Part shown: in pieces, positions 39,101-50,900 of the stretch
Position numbering within the stretch: the stretch's first letter is position 1
Layout: the number at the start of each line of letters is the position of its first letter
Source of the DNA: a virus
DNA: 64,000 nt
Virus record (IMG/VR): IMGVR_UViG_3300009605_004544
Coordinates: 42,982-106,981 of that record
Reading direction: 5' to 3' (one strand)
Program-made: the position numbers and the translations under genes
The notes under the pieces: generated by a model
Told to the model about the DNA's origin: nothing
Seen by the model: the letters and a program-made list of their open reading frames with translations, nothing else
Database searches by the model: none

Positions 39101-40434
39101 TTCTCCATCGTTAAAATTTTGGCCAAGAAAGTCTCATAGTCTCCGAGCACGTACCTCATCTCATTTTCAAAAACTGAACCAAATTTGCCACCAACTATAC
39201 CTTCAGTGACTGGGTTGTTAAGAACTAAGTTGATTTTACGAAAATCTAGATGAACCTCCCATCCTTGCTTGCTCGATCCGGTGTTGCCCGGTCCACTGAA
39301 CTCAGACTCTATCAGTTCCCCCTCTGCGTCATAACCCCAGAAGGGGGTCATATTGTTCGGGTCTATTTCTTGAAAATAAGATCTCCCATTTGCTCCAATG
39401 AGGAAGCTGCTATTTATTTCAGATCGCAACTCTCGACCAAAGGAGTCAGAGACAATACCGTCACCACCAAGGTTAATGTTGTTGGCAGTAATAAAGCTAG
39501 TTATCTCAGAAGTTCCAAGCGACGGCTGATTAGCTCTTGATATAGTTCTTACTTTAATTACCAAGGAAGTTCCGGTAGGCAGCAACTCTACATAGTAATC
39601 GCATCCAGCATCTGCACAGACCTGATTAATAAGCTCGCTTAAAGAAACAATAGGCCCTGTGATTCTATAGTCCCACGTATATGAATTTGGCACCTCTTCT
39701 ATATCAAGAATATATTTAGCGCCTGCCGTATGTATCCCATAATTTAATTCGCCCCACCCTCCCCCGCTCGTTCCTCGATAGAATAAGCCGCCTTGAGAAT
39801 AAGTAGAGGGAACTCCCCCAACAGAGCCAGCCAAGTCCTGCATCGCGGCTTTGATTAAGTCCCAAGGAATGCCCCTGTCTGTTCTGCGAGACCCTCCAAA
39901 TCCTCCAGCCGGGGCGCCAAAGCCCACGTCATTCACCGTGACATCTGGGCAGTTACTGGCGGTCCCTTCCAAATAACCGTATACATTAAACAGGTTGTAA
40001 AGACCTTGATGTCCCCCTTCATATTTATCCAAGATAACTTGCGCGTGATCTAAAATAGCTCGTGGATCAATGAGCTTTACGGTATATACGGGGTAGCCGT
40101 CAGCGCCTTCTTTTACAGTCCATCCTTGTATTAGTCCAGAATATTCAAAATCAGCGACCCTAAAATAAACAGGAGCGCCTACGTTTGGAAATGTAAATCC
40201 GGGGTCTGCTGCCGTCCAATACTGTGGCGTAACATAAACGCCATGCCCAGCCCAATACTCTTTAGAGTAGCCCGGAGGGGAGGCGCACCGGTCTGCCGCG
40301 AGTTCGACAGTGACCTCTGACGATGACCCATTCCAACCTGCGGTTGCAGAAAAGCTTAAAACACTGCATCCTAAGAAGAGTGTTTGCCTATATCCACCAT
40401 AAACCGATTGGGGGGTGCAAGTCGAGTAGCTCAT
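33133..40434 (-). CDS. Large tail-tip/baseplate-hub protein with Cys-rich repeated fibre C-terminus (2433 aa)
   Basis: Position after the tape measure and distal-tail-like genes; hub-like N-terminus; about 20 hydrophobic-x-hydrophobic-GxG-hydrophobic repeats in the C-terminal half. Confidence 0.7.
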   Translation of the reverse strand: MSYSTCTPQSVYGGYRQTLFLGCSVLSFSATAGWNGSSSEVTVELAADRCASPPGYSKEYWAGHGVYVTPQYWTAADPGFTFPNVGAPVYFRVADFEYSGLIQGWTVKEGADGYPVYTVKLIDPRAILDHAQVILDKYEGGHQGLYNLFNVYGYLEGTASNCPDVTVNDVGFGAPAGGFGGSRRTDRGIPWDLIKAAMQDLAGSVGGVPSTYSQGGLFYRGTSGGGWGELNYGIHTAGAKYILDIEEVPNSYTWDYRITGPIVSLSELINQVCADAGCDYYVELLPTGTSLVIKVRTISRANQPSLGTSEITSFITANNINLGGDGIVSDSFGRELRSEINSSFLIGANGRSYFQEIDPNNMTPFWGYDAEGELIESEFSGPGNTGSSKQGWEVHLDFRKINLVLNNPVTEGIVGGKFGSVFENEMRYVLGDYETFLAKILTMEKVGGVDTVIQRYYRDTLEIKLNDVRNRDPGAMDDRVAIDGLVGREGGGNDGTPTNPKVIDGKTFFSWFQSYVQDFWGKQFLVLCPHVCSNTDTDTKKTVYSDEPSTDGGWATPNDDTDILGIDNPSIAADFFKDESGKIQPILKYTGADLNLKALNQDDYLVLGTEVWVKASVEQKWVEGTPVIGVPDDDKLAALLKIGTPVLDGESIPAIESNSKLMDAKPQGAAGVTPVVTKNKLGAQGETVGAVGAAVAYPYQAGVPVKSNTRTYGPWYAVGANPGSVHCEVDDGLAPWEYGGSEFMNAAGTAKVANAITAMQFGERGEVTIPGYPTLSLGSALLANSPNTRYDGRSLGVGSHSYPNGPAMYNFVSWSVGQQTGGASVSSINVTVGPGGVTTSYTISTFTPVFGRFSKGNAERVKQIGLNKLKGERDLRASSALSKLLKVAESRGGDTKLSRIATDDIGKGALAPRSPGIWFAGKLTSDPKRKIVIIPDKHTMPYYSEYDSTSYVSMDAIIRPVSNYGDAGLPKIASNSGNCPTFQTSAPPPPVDGYTGLPVVQKYLDYLADPVSNTTLLDGFRGNESTSGHDVEAVARESMSWLLDNQIGGTDSLLIHISGNANYAADYRHFALRGPLVIHGWGYDIYGKPVPNSVGDSAGTWQDNYENLTDKFKEDWLSDARDWPAAPVDLRFDRARGVWTIPPAFRMYQVESATGIGAGGYGTANVLKGAEDIYDKEGNVISSPTIQVFNPTDKSIVKGVAYYDTAACEYWLLGGGEGGGLSAACSDRAVPRQYTSTGVPGTAIHDPCGSIDWCACESISNVGEQHDCIRDAIEYGGYVGKSGESDCPDLNDWEFIEWGRGVQVSGVWENDPLAPTCLAGTPEESGKGRKGLLVSVEQRDIIPISCHGVDYGTGCDPALDEGAGAAGASVVPFFPAYFIDFGKGFAVTGLDSMCDGGPFSGETGRESGIGVSVIPGFGIACSNREASGCGSDEVEGGKKWEEKPTWDPVIEFFEFGKGLQISGIQDFTGGRGGSSGLLISMDSGSPGIGIACSEREASGCDQFSQSPKFDPAWEFLEFGNGIDVSGIEHGKKSGVLVSVGSQSGQGIAVACSEREATGCGQFNDTPDFSIPKAKYLNFGKGLNVKGLAGEGGSGLLISVNTSGNSGGVAVACSQRTACDSLYDAPTYCCDIFPEVADLDFTKDRAEFIEFGRNLIVSGVNTQDKTGVLVSSKIAIGCSDRELKKGCDPELPDEMTKYGVEFIEFGDGIAVSGVQEDGWSGVAISVEGTMKVGTTGCGTGWLPCASTSCLIIGTGLTWDTGTNVVAGPLISDILCDNSYVDDEWLNQPFGTLLVGTGLTLNRDISPVEQPPDPNGFPTGGCSVWLNTTHCVTGTTAGGQEIGGLFECLKFGSGFYVEEGISGHNCGAYTLHSSGIKIGATGCKSEFECKPVDCLVFGSGLTVDPITNTVSGPSVKLVAPCSGNDFGPVVPDQITFGSGLTGVFNFSTCDFQVDAPQWIRTTPCGTPASDAAGFSPLSDDEHRFFNTLDMSTGLFVSQSGCAFKITGPRYSGLGTCEADEEANRARDYGPTPFDTLVFGSGIEKAGPECAPILHAVQYISNKGCENKPTTKFNETFFRNIIISTGLNAKVVPDFPCAFEITGPDVSGMSVCDRDGMPSTPFQTLIFGSGLQVELDAPGTEGQCAATVNLVQKFRTRSGSVASPSQGIRNDVCHDGPFECIGIGTGLTMEDEGDCEALISWNGFDYRVTGCVDAVTASIVSRARSVVFGTGFGYMGQSHTPAADRLDFALTAGPQWTDHDAYLCADYAQADHQVACEVSGYKGLDVRVAEGDNVSTIFLAPNVHQFTEDSDNCKIPDGANGGALHTQMLELGVGLEKIASYSTASECKTLIAKNLTVGGIGDYIKEITFDAIGGCTTLQGTFQESCDDGKYTKMKMGTIGYKGDLPVITGIACSGDSMAVFAATLTFCNGLLQGVS
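33430..36780 (-). repeat. Degenerate protein-level repeats (FxEFGxGhxV, hxFGxGL, ACSxRxAxGC)
   Basis: e.g. FIEWGRGVQV, FIDFGKGFAV, FFEFGKGLQI, FLEFGNGIDV, YLNFGKGLNV, CLVFGSGLTV, TLIFGSGLQV. Confidence 0.75.
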
Positions 40435-40446
40435 TCAAAATTATCC

Positions 40447-41946
40447 TTAATAACAGTATCCCACAGTCCAAGACTTACTAAGGGTAAAATGTCCTACTTT
40501 GGGTTCCCACCCTATACTATGGCTGCTCACAAATACCTGATTAAACTCATTTCTTAATGTGGTTTCATAGTTATTAACCAGTTGGTCGTATACGTCTGGT
40601 GGATGGACAAAGTCCGTATGGGCGCAGTCTCCCACAAGGGGTATTATTGCATCGATACTAATGTCTCGTGTCGTCGCTGATGTCGTTGAAATTGCTTGGA
40701 ATAGCGGCCCTCTAGGCTTGCCGAGTATTGTTAGAGAGGCGAATATGTCGCTAGGTTGGTTGAAATTGAAGGTAATACTTTCCTGTAACGCCCCGGTATA
40801 ACAATTGGGTGGTCTGTCATCATAACTTTTATTGTATGTAACAGTGCCTCCAATAACATTATAGCCAATACTCTCACTTAAAGGTACAGCATTTAGATCA
40901 CCAGACCAATTACCCCCAACCGAATTATAAACAGCGGAGGCGCGACCGGCTAACAATCCTTCTACACCGCTCCAAGAAGCAAGCGCTGCATTGAATTTAG
41001 GAGCGCCCGAAGGAGGACAATCGTCATAATTAATCGTGCTAAAGCCTTGTATAGTTCCATTAATAGTAATCGTTGTGAGGATATTGTCCGCAGCCTTATC
41101 AATAGTGACCTCGAAATCTTCTGTAGCAGGATTACCCCCAGTAAAAGTAATCCAAGTTTCAGTGGCATTAACGCTTCCCTCGCCTTGGTTAACGCTGATG
41201 CTTCTAAAGTTGTTGGAGAATGTTTGACCATCTGCTCCTACGCACATTAATCCCACCAAGCCTGTCATGTCTGAAGTAATGCCCAAGTTTGCAGAAACGT
41301 ATGACTTTGCTCTTTCATAGGGCTGCACATAGTCCGACCCTGCACATGCCAACGAATCCCCCACCGCAGAAAGGGTTCTCTGAATAGAGAACACGGTTGG
41401 AATAGCCCCAAATGCCTCAATAGATATGTCCCCCCCGACCTTTTCGTCTAGAAATTCTACCGTGAATTCGTCACTGATAGAAATTAGACCACTTCCTCCC
41501 AAGTCCCCAATTGTTGTTCCGTCACAATCTATTCCAGCCGTTTCTGACCCTGCGCCAGTCAAGGATGGAAGTTCTAAACTAATGGTATAGTCTGCGCGAC
41601 GAATGTAATTATCGTCCGCATTGTTAATATCTATGCTAACAACCTTGGGATACCCACTAATTATAGGATCATTAGTATTGCATTGCAAGAACAGTAACTT
41701 AAAATCCTTATCAAAAGCTGTTCTGAGATCAGCAACTCCATTAAATACCTTGGTCAGTCCACCTACATGGCCACCGATTGGGTCAATGCCTGTTGGGAGA
41801 ATATGGCCATTCAGCGTGAGGCTATACTTGGTTCCGAGACCGGTATTGGCAGGGGTCTTTAGGATTTCTTTATTAACGGTAAATAACGGCCTTGGGTCAA
41901 AGACGTACTCGCCGTATTTAAATGTAATTCCGTCGCCAAGTGGCAT
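40447..41946 (-). CDS. Putative distal tail/tail-tip structural protein
   Basis: Directly downstream of the tape measure gene; beta-strand-rich composition. Confidence 0.55.
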   Translation of the reverse strand: MPLGDGITFKYGEYVFDPRPLFTVNKEILKTPANTGLGTKYSLTLNGHILPTGIDPIGGHVGGLTKVFNGVADLRTAFDKDFKLLFLQCNTNDPIISGYPKVVSIDINNADDNYIRRADYTISLELPSLTGAGSETAGIDCDGTTIGDLGGSGLISISDEFTVEFLDEKVGGDISIEAFGAIPTVFSIQRTLSAVGDSLACAGSDYVQPYERAKSYVSANLGITSDMTGLVGLMCVGADGQTFSNNFRSISVNQGEGSVNATETWITFTGGNPATEDFEVTIDKAADNILTTITINGTIQGFSTINYDDCPPSGAPKFNAALASWSGVEGLLAGRASAVYNSVGGNWSGDLNAVPLSESIGYNVIGGTVTYNKSYDDRPPNCYTGALQESITFNFNQPSDIFASLTILGKPRGPLFQAISTTSATTRDISIDAIIPLVGDCAHTDFVHPPDVYDQLVNNYETTLRNEFNQVFVSSHSIGWEPKVGHFTLSKSWTVGYCY

Positions 41947-41984
41947 TGTATTATCTCTCTATTTGTACTAAACTAAATATGTTA

Positions 41985-44900
41985 TCACGCTAAGCCCCCG
42001 GCGGGGCCAAACGGTGTTTGAAGCGATGGATCTATTGTCGTACCGTCTGGGTTAAATCTTGAATTGAGGGCTTCCTGTACCGTATCGCGGATCTCTGACG
42101 AGAGACCGGTTCTCAATTTCTCAAGAAGTCCGTTGTCAGTCAAGGTTACTGATATTGGCCCAATTTGTGCCCTAATACTAATTTCTGTAGCCTGTAGTCT
42201 TTCTAAAGCCGCTTGCCCAAATTTTTCTCCTGCTATAGCCCACTGTTCTCCTGATGCAAACAATGTAGCGGCTCTCTCTAGATGGCCTGCAATGATTACT
42301 CCAGCAGATTCTGCGCCCTGTTGCATTTGTGTTATAATGTTTCCACCAGCAGCCGCACCTCCACCACCGCCACCAGCACCGCCGCCAGCACCGCCACCAG
42401 CTGCGGGCGCCGAAAGCACCGCTTGTCTTTTTCTGTCTCCCTCTGTCTGAAGTCGTTCTTGCTCTTTAGCTGCCCTCTCTTTTTCATGCATCTCCTGCGC
42501 CCTGATCAATTCCATTTCTTCTTCTTGGGCCTTTCTGACACGTTCCTCTTTATATCTTCTAAAAGCGGGCAGCCCACGTCCTCCCATTGCTCTTTGTCGT
42601 TCGTCCTCTTCAATTCCGGCTTCTATTAGAGAAGTATCTCCAGTTGGACGACCCCCTTCATCAAACCCAAACTCAGGCCTGCGGGAGTTCACGCCCCCAA
42701 GGCGGTTCTCGTCTATTCTCTTTGTACTCTCTTGACGTTGTATGGCATTCTTAAGTGCTTTTTCATCATTAAATCTACCTTTCATCTGACCCTTATTTAT
42801 GAAACGCTTCCTTCTCTTAACCAAAGAGGAGTCGCCCGATGCATCAATGCCTAGGCCCGTATTAAATTTTCTCTCAGCCTTTGCTGCCGACTTGGCCTTT
42901 TCATCTTCCAGTCCCTCAAGCGTCTTAGCACTTTTCTCTTGATCCGCAGCGATCTTTCTATCCGTTTGTTCTTTAATAAGATCTGCTTGTTGAGCCGCAT
43001 TAGCAAGACCACCACCAGCACCCCCACCTCCTCCTCCTCCTCCTGCTTTACAACACTCTACTAGCTTTACTATATTTTTATCAATGTTAATCAAGACGCC
43101 CAGCATTCCCCCTGCCGGAAATCCTCCGGGGCCTGCTGGAGCAACGCCCGCAGCACCTGCACCAGCACCTCCCGGTCCACCTGCACCAGCACCTCCCGGT
43201 CCACCAGCAACCCCAACACCGCTGGCTGCAACTCTAGCCGCAGCGTCGGCCTCTCTCTTATCCTGTGCCTTTTTCTTGTCCGCATCGTTCTTCTTTCTTT
43301 TCGCGTCTCTTTCATCTTGTAGTCTTTGTTGTTCATTCCTCGACGCTTGCATTTGTGCATCAAGCTGACCCCGCGTTACTCTGGTCTGGCCCCCCGATTC
43401 TGAGAATTCTCTAATTCCCTTAACAGAACTAACCCTTCCGGCATTCATAAATTCCTTGAGCTTGGCAACTGGGTCATCGGGGCCAATTGCAAACTCTCCA
43501 GCGCCCACGTCTTTAGGCTCCAAGGCCTTCGCTCGTCCCGGTGCCTTGGCACGTTCGAATGGGTCTCCCTCCCTTGCGGTTGTTATGCGATCCTTGTTAA
43601 TCTCTCTCAGCTGGTCCCTTTTCTTTTTATCCGCACCTTTCTGAAGGGCCGCCGTACTCACGTCTGGACGGAATGCGGCGCCGCCAACTCTGCCTCTGGC
43701 TTGCGCTCTCGCGCCTGTTGCAGCAGCGCCACTGAGAACTCTTTCTTCTCCTACGGTTTGCTCTCTACGGCTACTTAGTGTTAACGCAGCACTCACCATC
43801 CTCGCCGTTGCCGGTGATTGTATCGACCCTTGTAGCTCTGGATCAGCCCCAGCCCCAGTCCCGCGCGTTGTACCTCCCTCGAATTTCTCATCGAGTAGTT
43901 CCCGAAGCCTCAAGCTTCGCGCTCTAGTCTTTTCTGAATCCGAAGCGTCGTCGGCGGCCCCACGTTCTCTCACTCCCTGTCTGTCCAGTCTAGCCGCTTT
44001 CTCGGCTTCCGTTTCGGGCCTCATCCCACCGGCGTTATTCTTCCGCAATCTGTCTTGAAACTCCCTAGATGTAGGAAGATCTTCGTCGAATTCCGCCTGC
44101 GTAATCGACTTTGTTACTCCCTCCCGTGTCTCCGATAAGACACCTTCTGGCCCGTGAAACGGCGGATACGCAAAGCCCCGATCTTCCTCCAGCGTTCTCT
44201 CTTGCGATGGTCTCGGGTGAGCCGGTTCGGTCACTCTCAGTGATGGTCTCTCCTCTGGGACAGGGTCTGGGACAGGATCTTTTGCTGGTGGAACTTGCCC
44301 TTCCTTCCTTGAGTCTTGGATCGCCTTTATGAGTTCAAGGGTTTTTGGAATCCCTTCCTCAACGATAATCCTAGTCACCTCGTCTTGATCACCTGTCTCC
44401 TCTGCCGCCTCAACCCGGTCGCTGATCGCTCTCGATTCCTTTTTAAGTCGGTCTATCTTTTCTCTCGCGCCCTCTTCTTTTTTCAATGCCTTTTTCTCGG
44501 ACGGTACAGGCGTCTTCATTTCATCCGTTGTTTTTGGAATGTTCTCAGTAGCCTTCTTATTTTCTTCTGTTTTCTTAACAACCTCTGCCGTCGTGGTATT
44601 AAGTGCTTGTGTCTCAGGAAGCAAGCCACCACACAGACAGGTAAGTATCTGCTTTAAAATATCATTGCTTGTTTGTATCGCTCCAAGAATCCCACCAGCA
44701 CGGGCCTGTGTCTTGGCAGCTTGCTTAGCTTTCGGATCTTGCGGAGCCTCTTGTTGAGCCTTGATGCGTTTTCTGACCTCTTCTAATGCCTTTTTCTTTT
44801 CAACGAATGGATCTTTTGAGCGAACGTCTCTCTTTCCGGACTCCCCTGTCTCGCTTGCTGTAATATCAGAAATGTCTTTAGTCAAATCGGCTATCAGTTT

Positions 44901-47900
44901 ATCTAGGAGTCCTAAAGCTTCCACGTCTGTCTTGCCAGTTAGCTGTCCTTCAAGATCGCTCAGCGTCTTATCCAAAAACTCCCCCAACAACCCCGCCTCT
45001 GGGAATGCGCTACTGGTAAGATTCTTCCGAAGACCCGTCTCTCCAAACTTGCCCGATTCAGCCCCGTCTTTGGCAACTCTATCAATTTGAGCTTGAATGT
45101 CATCAAATATTGTTAAGAAGCTTCCCTTGGCGCGATTGGGGTCAGGCTGGGACAGAGTACTCGGATCAACCCCGGTCGCCAACGCCAACGCCCTCAGATC
45201 AAGAGGAGATGTTGTCAACTCACCACCCAACACGGTAATGATCGCATCAAGCCTTCTGGTGATTTCAGTACAGCAAAGGCCAAGTCCAATCTCAGCGGCA
45301 GCAGACTTGTCTGACCTTTTGGCTTCGGCTTCCTCTCTTTGTTCTCTCGGTGCTGGTCTCCCCTCTTGAGATGTTCGAGACTTCTCTTTCTTTTTGCCGT
45401 CGTCTGCTGCCTTACCGTCTTTCTTCTCTTCGCCCTCTATTAAATCTTTGTCCTTTTTAGCTTTATCTTTCGCTTCCTTCTCGTCCTTTTTACGAACTTT
45501 ATTCTGCTTCTTCTGACTTTCGTTGAGTTTTTGTGCTCTCTTAAGTCGGTTCGCAGCGCGCCTCTCGATTTCTTCTTCAATCTTCAATCTCTCTTTGGCA
45601 GCCTCAAGCTCTGTCTTATTGGTTCGCGTCGGCATCCTTTGAACTTCTGCTTCTGCTCCAGCAACCCTAGTTCGTGCCTGCTCTGTTACCTTTTGCTGCT
45701 TCTCAAGACGCACTCTTGCTAAGTCTTCTGCCGCTTGAGCAGATGTACCCCCTCGCATTGCAGCAAACTCCGCTACTGCATCTTGGAAGTCATGGGCTGC
45801 CCGTAAAAATCCTTCTTCAGCGGTTTGCAATACAACCTGAAGTTGAGCATTTTGGCGTGCGGTTTGTTTCTCAAGTATACCAATCTGAGCATTTCCGATT
45901 CTCTCCATAACAGTGCCCAGAGTCTCCTGTTCGGTTTGTGCATCTAGTATGTTGTTCAGTTCTTGCCTAAGAATATCACCGACACCCGGCAGTCCACCGG
46001 CCTCTGCCATTCCCACTCCTCTTATACCCGCAGATGTAATTAGGTTATTAAGCAACTCATCTTTTATCTTCTGAACCTCTCCCGCATCGCCCGGATCTAG
46101 CCCTCTAGCTTCAGCAATGCCGCGAGCTTTAGTTTCTATTCGACCCGCAAGTAACTTGTCCCCACCCTGAAGTCTGGTGATGAGGTCTACAGCTTCGTCA
46201 AAACTAACCGACCCACCATCTGCGGTTGCGCGCTCTAGAGCATCCAGCGGTCCCGTAATTGTCTTGTTAAAGTCTTGAACAGTTATTTCGCCCTTCTGGA
46301 GCTTATTGAGTCCATCCAATATGGAGACCACGGTTGACTTTGATGCCAACTCTCTGGCCTTCTGCTCATGTATTTTCCCTTCGATGGCGGCTAATAATCT
46401 AGTATCGTTTGCCAATTCCTTTAGAGCGGCTTCCGTCCCGTTAATCTCTGAATTTAATTTCGCCAACTCATCAGAATTCGCCCTCATCTCTTGTGTTAGC
46501 GCTACTGCACCTTCACCACCTCCACCCAATGCGGCCTGTCCCGGTTTCAAGCCAAGCTTCTGTCTCGCAGCGTCTCGTTTTTGCTCTAGAGTTTCCAATC
46601 TATTGAACAGAGTGTTCGGGTCTAACACGTCTCCAGCGAGTGCAGTTCCGCCCTGTACGCCACCCTTCGCAAGAATCTCCAGTCTCTTCTGGAGGTCGGC
46701 GGTTGCTCTCTTGAACGCATTAGGCGTCCTACCCAACGCCTTATCTATCCTGTCCCTAATGGATTCCTGCTTATCCAGCACTCCAAGCTCGCTTTCTAAT
46801 CGGAACTTATTTATTTTTTGTTGTACGCGAGCCACATCTAACAGTGAATTTTTGAATGAATTGAGGGCACTAAAAGCAGCAGAAAGCTGTTGAGCAGCTA
46901 TTTCAGAAACTTGCCCAAGAAGCTCCGTAACCTTACCGGTCTTTTCAAGAATATTTGTAAGCTGGTCAAAGCTAAACACGAGACCTTCGCCTTGGCGTCC
47001 TTGGGCTGCTTCACCCTCTAATGCCTTTACCAGTGCTTCCATGGCTTGGGGAGGTAGCTCTATGCCCGCGCCCAACAGCCCCGAGCCTGCTTCTTTATCA
47101 GTGGCTTTTTTGCCTATGATGGCATCTCTTACATCCTGATTGCTGATAGTCTCACCGGGTTCGCGACCAAGCTTGAGGTCATTTAAAACATCTCTCATAA
47201 TTCTGGGCAAGTCACTTTGAGCCTTTGCTAAGTCTCCCAAGTTCTTAAAGGCAACGTCTCCTTCGTCCTTACCTCCCAAGCTTTGTAGTTGGCTTACCCC
47301 TGCGTCAATTTGCTCATCGGTAGCAGCAGCTACATTTTCAAACGGGTTGAATTCCTCAAGCTTCCCAATAAGCTTTTCTCCTGTTATCATATCAAACTCA
47401 GATTGAATTTGACCAGCAAGAGTTTGAACTTGATCGGAAATGCCCGTAAGAGTACCTCCAAACAGTTCTAGCCCGGCAGCTAAGGCGTCTAGCGCCTGAG
47501 TAGACTGTCTCAATAGCTCAGTTGATCTAGCCCGTGCCGCTGACTCTGCAACCATTTCTACGGTCTGTTGCTCAACGGCCCTAATGGACCTCAAGGCCCC
47601 TTTTGCTGCGTCGGATTGTGCCTTAGTGCCACTTTCAACTATCTTTTCTAGCTCCGCTATCTTGTCCCTCAAAATACCTATCTTGGCTGCCCCGTCAGCC
47701 GCTTCCGCAAGCTCCGCATTTAAGTCAACAAATACTTCTGCTAATTTTCCGGCCTCGGCCTCTCTTCCGGATTTCTCTAGCAGCGTTATTTGATTCGCTA
47801 CGTCTTTCAAAAACTTAATCTGGGTCAAGTTTCCAATAAACCTATCCAGTTCTTTACCAAATTTGCCTAGAGGGTCTGCTACATTAGTAAGAGTGGAGCT

Positions 47901-50900
47901 TAAGTCCGCAAAGGCATTATCAATAAGTACGGCTTGAGCTTCTACGCTACTGACATCGGGATCAATAGTTTGCATATCAGCTAATGTATTAAGAGTGTCC
48001 ATGTCTCCAAGCTGAGCCAAATCAGTGGTGAATTGGTCAATGATTCTCCCAAACTGTTCCTCGATTTTCTTTATGTCGTCGTCGCTAATTTGATCAGCGG
48101 CATTCTTGATTGCCTCGCCAAAGATCAGAAACTTACCTATATTAATATTCTTCTCTATGCGATCAAACGACCCCGCAAGATTCCCAAGCAATCCTCCAAT
48201 TATAGGTAGCTTTGTTATGAAAAGATCAACACCATTGAGCAAGCTTGAGAATATCCCTTCGCTACCTATTTGGGAAAGCTGTTCGCTAAAGGCGTCTACT
48301 GACTGAGCGCCCGCTCCTGTAAAATCGCCACGAGCACCACCCCTAAGATCACCACTTAGTGCTCCTCTCAAGGTTGTTTCACCCTGCGCAACCGCCCCGA
48401 CATCGGCCCCCATGAATAACCCGTCAATCACGCTCAGGACGGTGTTGCCAATACCCAACCACGGGGCGATCAGGTTCGGCAGCGCCTTATTAACTGCGGT
48501 CTCAAACAAATTGCCTGCCGAGAATATCTGCTCCGTAAAGTTAGCTTTTATAGACTGCTCTATAAATTTAGCCGAGTCCGTAACGACTTCTTCTAGTTGG
48601 GTATTCACACCGCGTAGGTTTGCAGTACTCACTATACTTAGTTTAGAAAGGTTGTCGAAGGTTTTACTAAGTTTTTCAGCTGACTTCTGCAACGTAACAA
48701 GGGCATTGAATTCTAATTGATTTTGGAATGCAACGAAGGCCTGCCCAAGCCCATAAAGTATGCCAATTACGGCCACAATAGCCCCTACCAATATAGCAAT
48801 AGGTGCAGCAACTGCGAACAGTGGCGAGAATGCTAATACCAAACCAATGCCTAAGCCTGCAATAATGGCTATCAATGAGTTAGCAGCGGCATCAACTCCA
48901 GCAAGCTGGGCCGCACCCTTTTCTCCTGTGCCACCTCTCCTGCCCTTGACTCCCGGTGCCAGTTCTTCTTCCTTGCCAAATACTGCATTTTTGAATGCGT
49001 CTGCCAAAGGTTTTATGATAACTTTGCCAATGGCTGCTGCGATGAGTAGCGGCGTTAGAAGTGCAAACCCGGCTGTGATGACCGGCAACATTGCCGTTAT
49101 CCCTGCCGATATCGATGTCAAGGCACCGGTTGCCCCGGCAACCGCCCCCGCACCACCTACCCCAGAGATGCCGATTTTGGCGCCGATTCCGGCGATGCCC
49201 CCACCGATTGCCGAAAGTCCTCCTCCTATCCCCTTAGCTGCCGCTCCACCTATGCCTGAAACCGCAGCTTTAAGGCTGGCAGCGGCTTCTAATAAGTCGG
49301 CAGAAGCCGCTGTTTTAGAAGCAAGAGCCTCTCCAGCATCGGAAGCTGCTGCGATTGTACTTTGACGGGCTGCCAAGGCGTTCGCAGCGGCGAGGGATGC
49401 AGAGGAAGACGCAGCTTGAATCTCAGCAACAGTTCCGAATTCATCAGCGAGCGTGGCCGCAACTGTCGCATTAGTGGATGCTAGGTTCGCTATAATTTCA
49501 GCTTCTTCAGCCGCTGCGGATGCTGCCGATGCCACAGCGTCAGCCTCAAGAAATGCAGTGTGGGCCGACAGCGCGGTCGCATCCGCTGCTGTAACACCCG
49601 TTAACCGACCGAACACTCCTGTCATTCCTCCAAGAGCAGGCCCCAAAGTGGTAATTGCAGCCGTTGCCGATTGAACTGCAAAACCTAAAGCTATAACAGA
49701 AGAAATCGTACCCTCTGCGCTGCTGAAGTCAAGGGTAGCAAAAGCCGCCGTTATTCCACCAATAGCTCCCACTGCATTGCCAAGCCCCGAAGCTATGTCT
49801 GCCCCGCTGGTAGCGGCCTCATCATTTGAGTCAGCAAGCTCTTCAGCGCTTTCAGCAGCTTCCGTACTAGACGTTGATACATCGTCCATGGCCTCGGCAG
49901 TGTCCTCGGTAGATTCTGCTAATTCCGCACCTGCTTCAGTAGCAAGAACCGCTGCCTCTGCAAGTGCTTGAAGAGCAGCGGCTGCATCGCTAGCACTTTG
50001 AGTTAACTCTCCAGTATCTGGTGGTGCCCCTCCGGGCGATTCAGCAACTTCAGAAAGGTCAGATCCGGTTGCATCAGCGCTCTTGCCTAAGTCCTTAAGA
50101 TTTTTTGTAAGAGCGACGAGGTCTTTGTTTAAGTTCTTAGGGAATTTAAGCTCTGAAACAATTTTCGAAAACCTGTCCATCTCGTCAACGACCTTGACCA
50201 AACCGGCCGAGAGCGCCTCAACCTCTGCCGTGTCAGCAGCGGTGGGGCCTTCTACGGCCTCTACTTTCTTCTTCTCCTTGGGCTTCTCCTTGGGCTGTTC
50301 TTTAGGTGCTGCTGCCTCGGCGGATGCTTCAAAGCCCGCTAATATCTGGCTGAGCACATCGTTGCCTTCCTGAACTGCGCTCTCGACATTATCAATAGCA
50401 ACGCCAAGGGGGCCACTCTTGGCAATCGCTACATCAAGCGTCACCGCATCTACAGATACTGCCGTCTCATTGACATCGCTGGTAGTAGCCTGTTGCGCAG
50501 GAGCAGCCGCTACCTCTTTCTCGGCAACCGACCCGGTGCCGCCCTGCAAACCGCCGATCTCAGTTTCAACATTATTTATGGCAGTAACAACTGCATCTAG
50601 ACCGCCACCAATCTCTACAACTCCTATTACTTCAACCATCCCTCCTGCGATAGTAACGGTCATGTTTCCCGCAGTACCACCGTCTTGTAAATATTGCGGT
50701 CCACCACCAACAATACCACCACGAGCCATACGGTTCATTTTCTTTAGTTTGCCGTAGCCAATTGACTGAGCAGAGGATTTATTAATAACAAATTCACCGG
50801 GAGTAAGCATCGCGGGAACGGTATCGGTTCCTCTGCGGGAGAAGATATTGCCACCAGCGGCCTTGTTTTGTGGCCTTATCCTTTCCAAGTTCCCCGCTCG

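Noticed and set aside
34270-39540. Overlapping alternative-frame and antisense ORFs within the 2433-aa gene
   Set aside because: Fully nested, with no motifs or RBS support.
33133-40434. Diversity-generating retroelement target in tail genes
   Set aside because: No reverse transcriptase, and I noticed no template/variable repeat pair differing only at adenines in this window.
43010-43210. CCT/CCA runs and a 24-bp direct repeat as regulatory or phase-variable repeats
   Set aside because: They are in-frame and encode Gly/Ala/Pro linkers of the tape measure protein.
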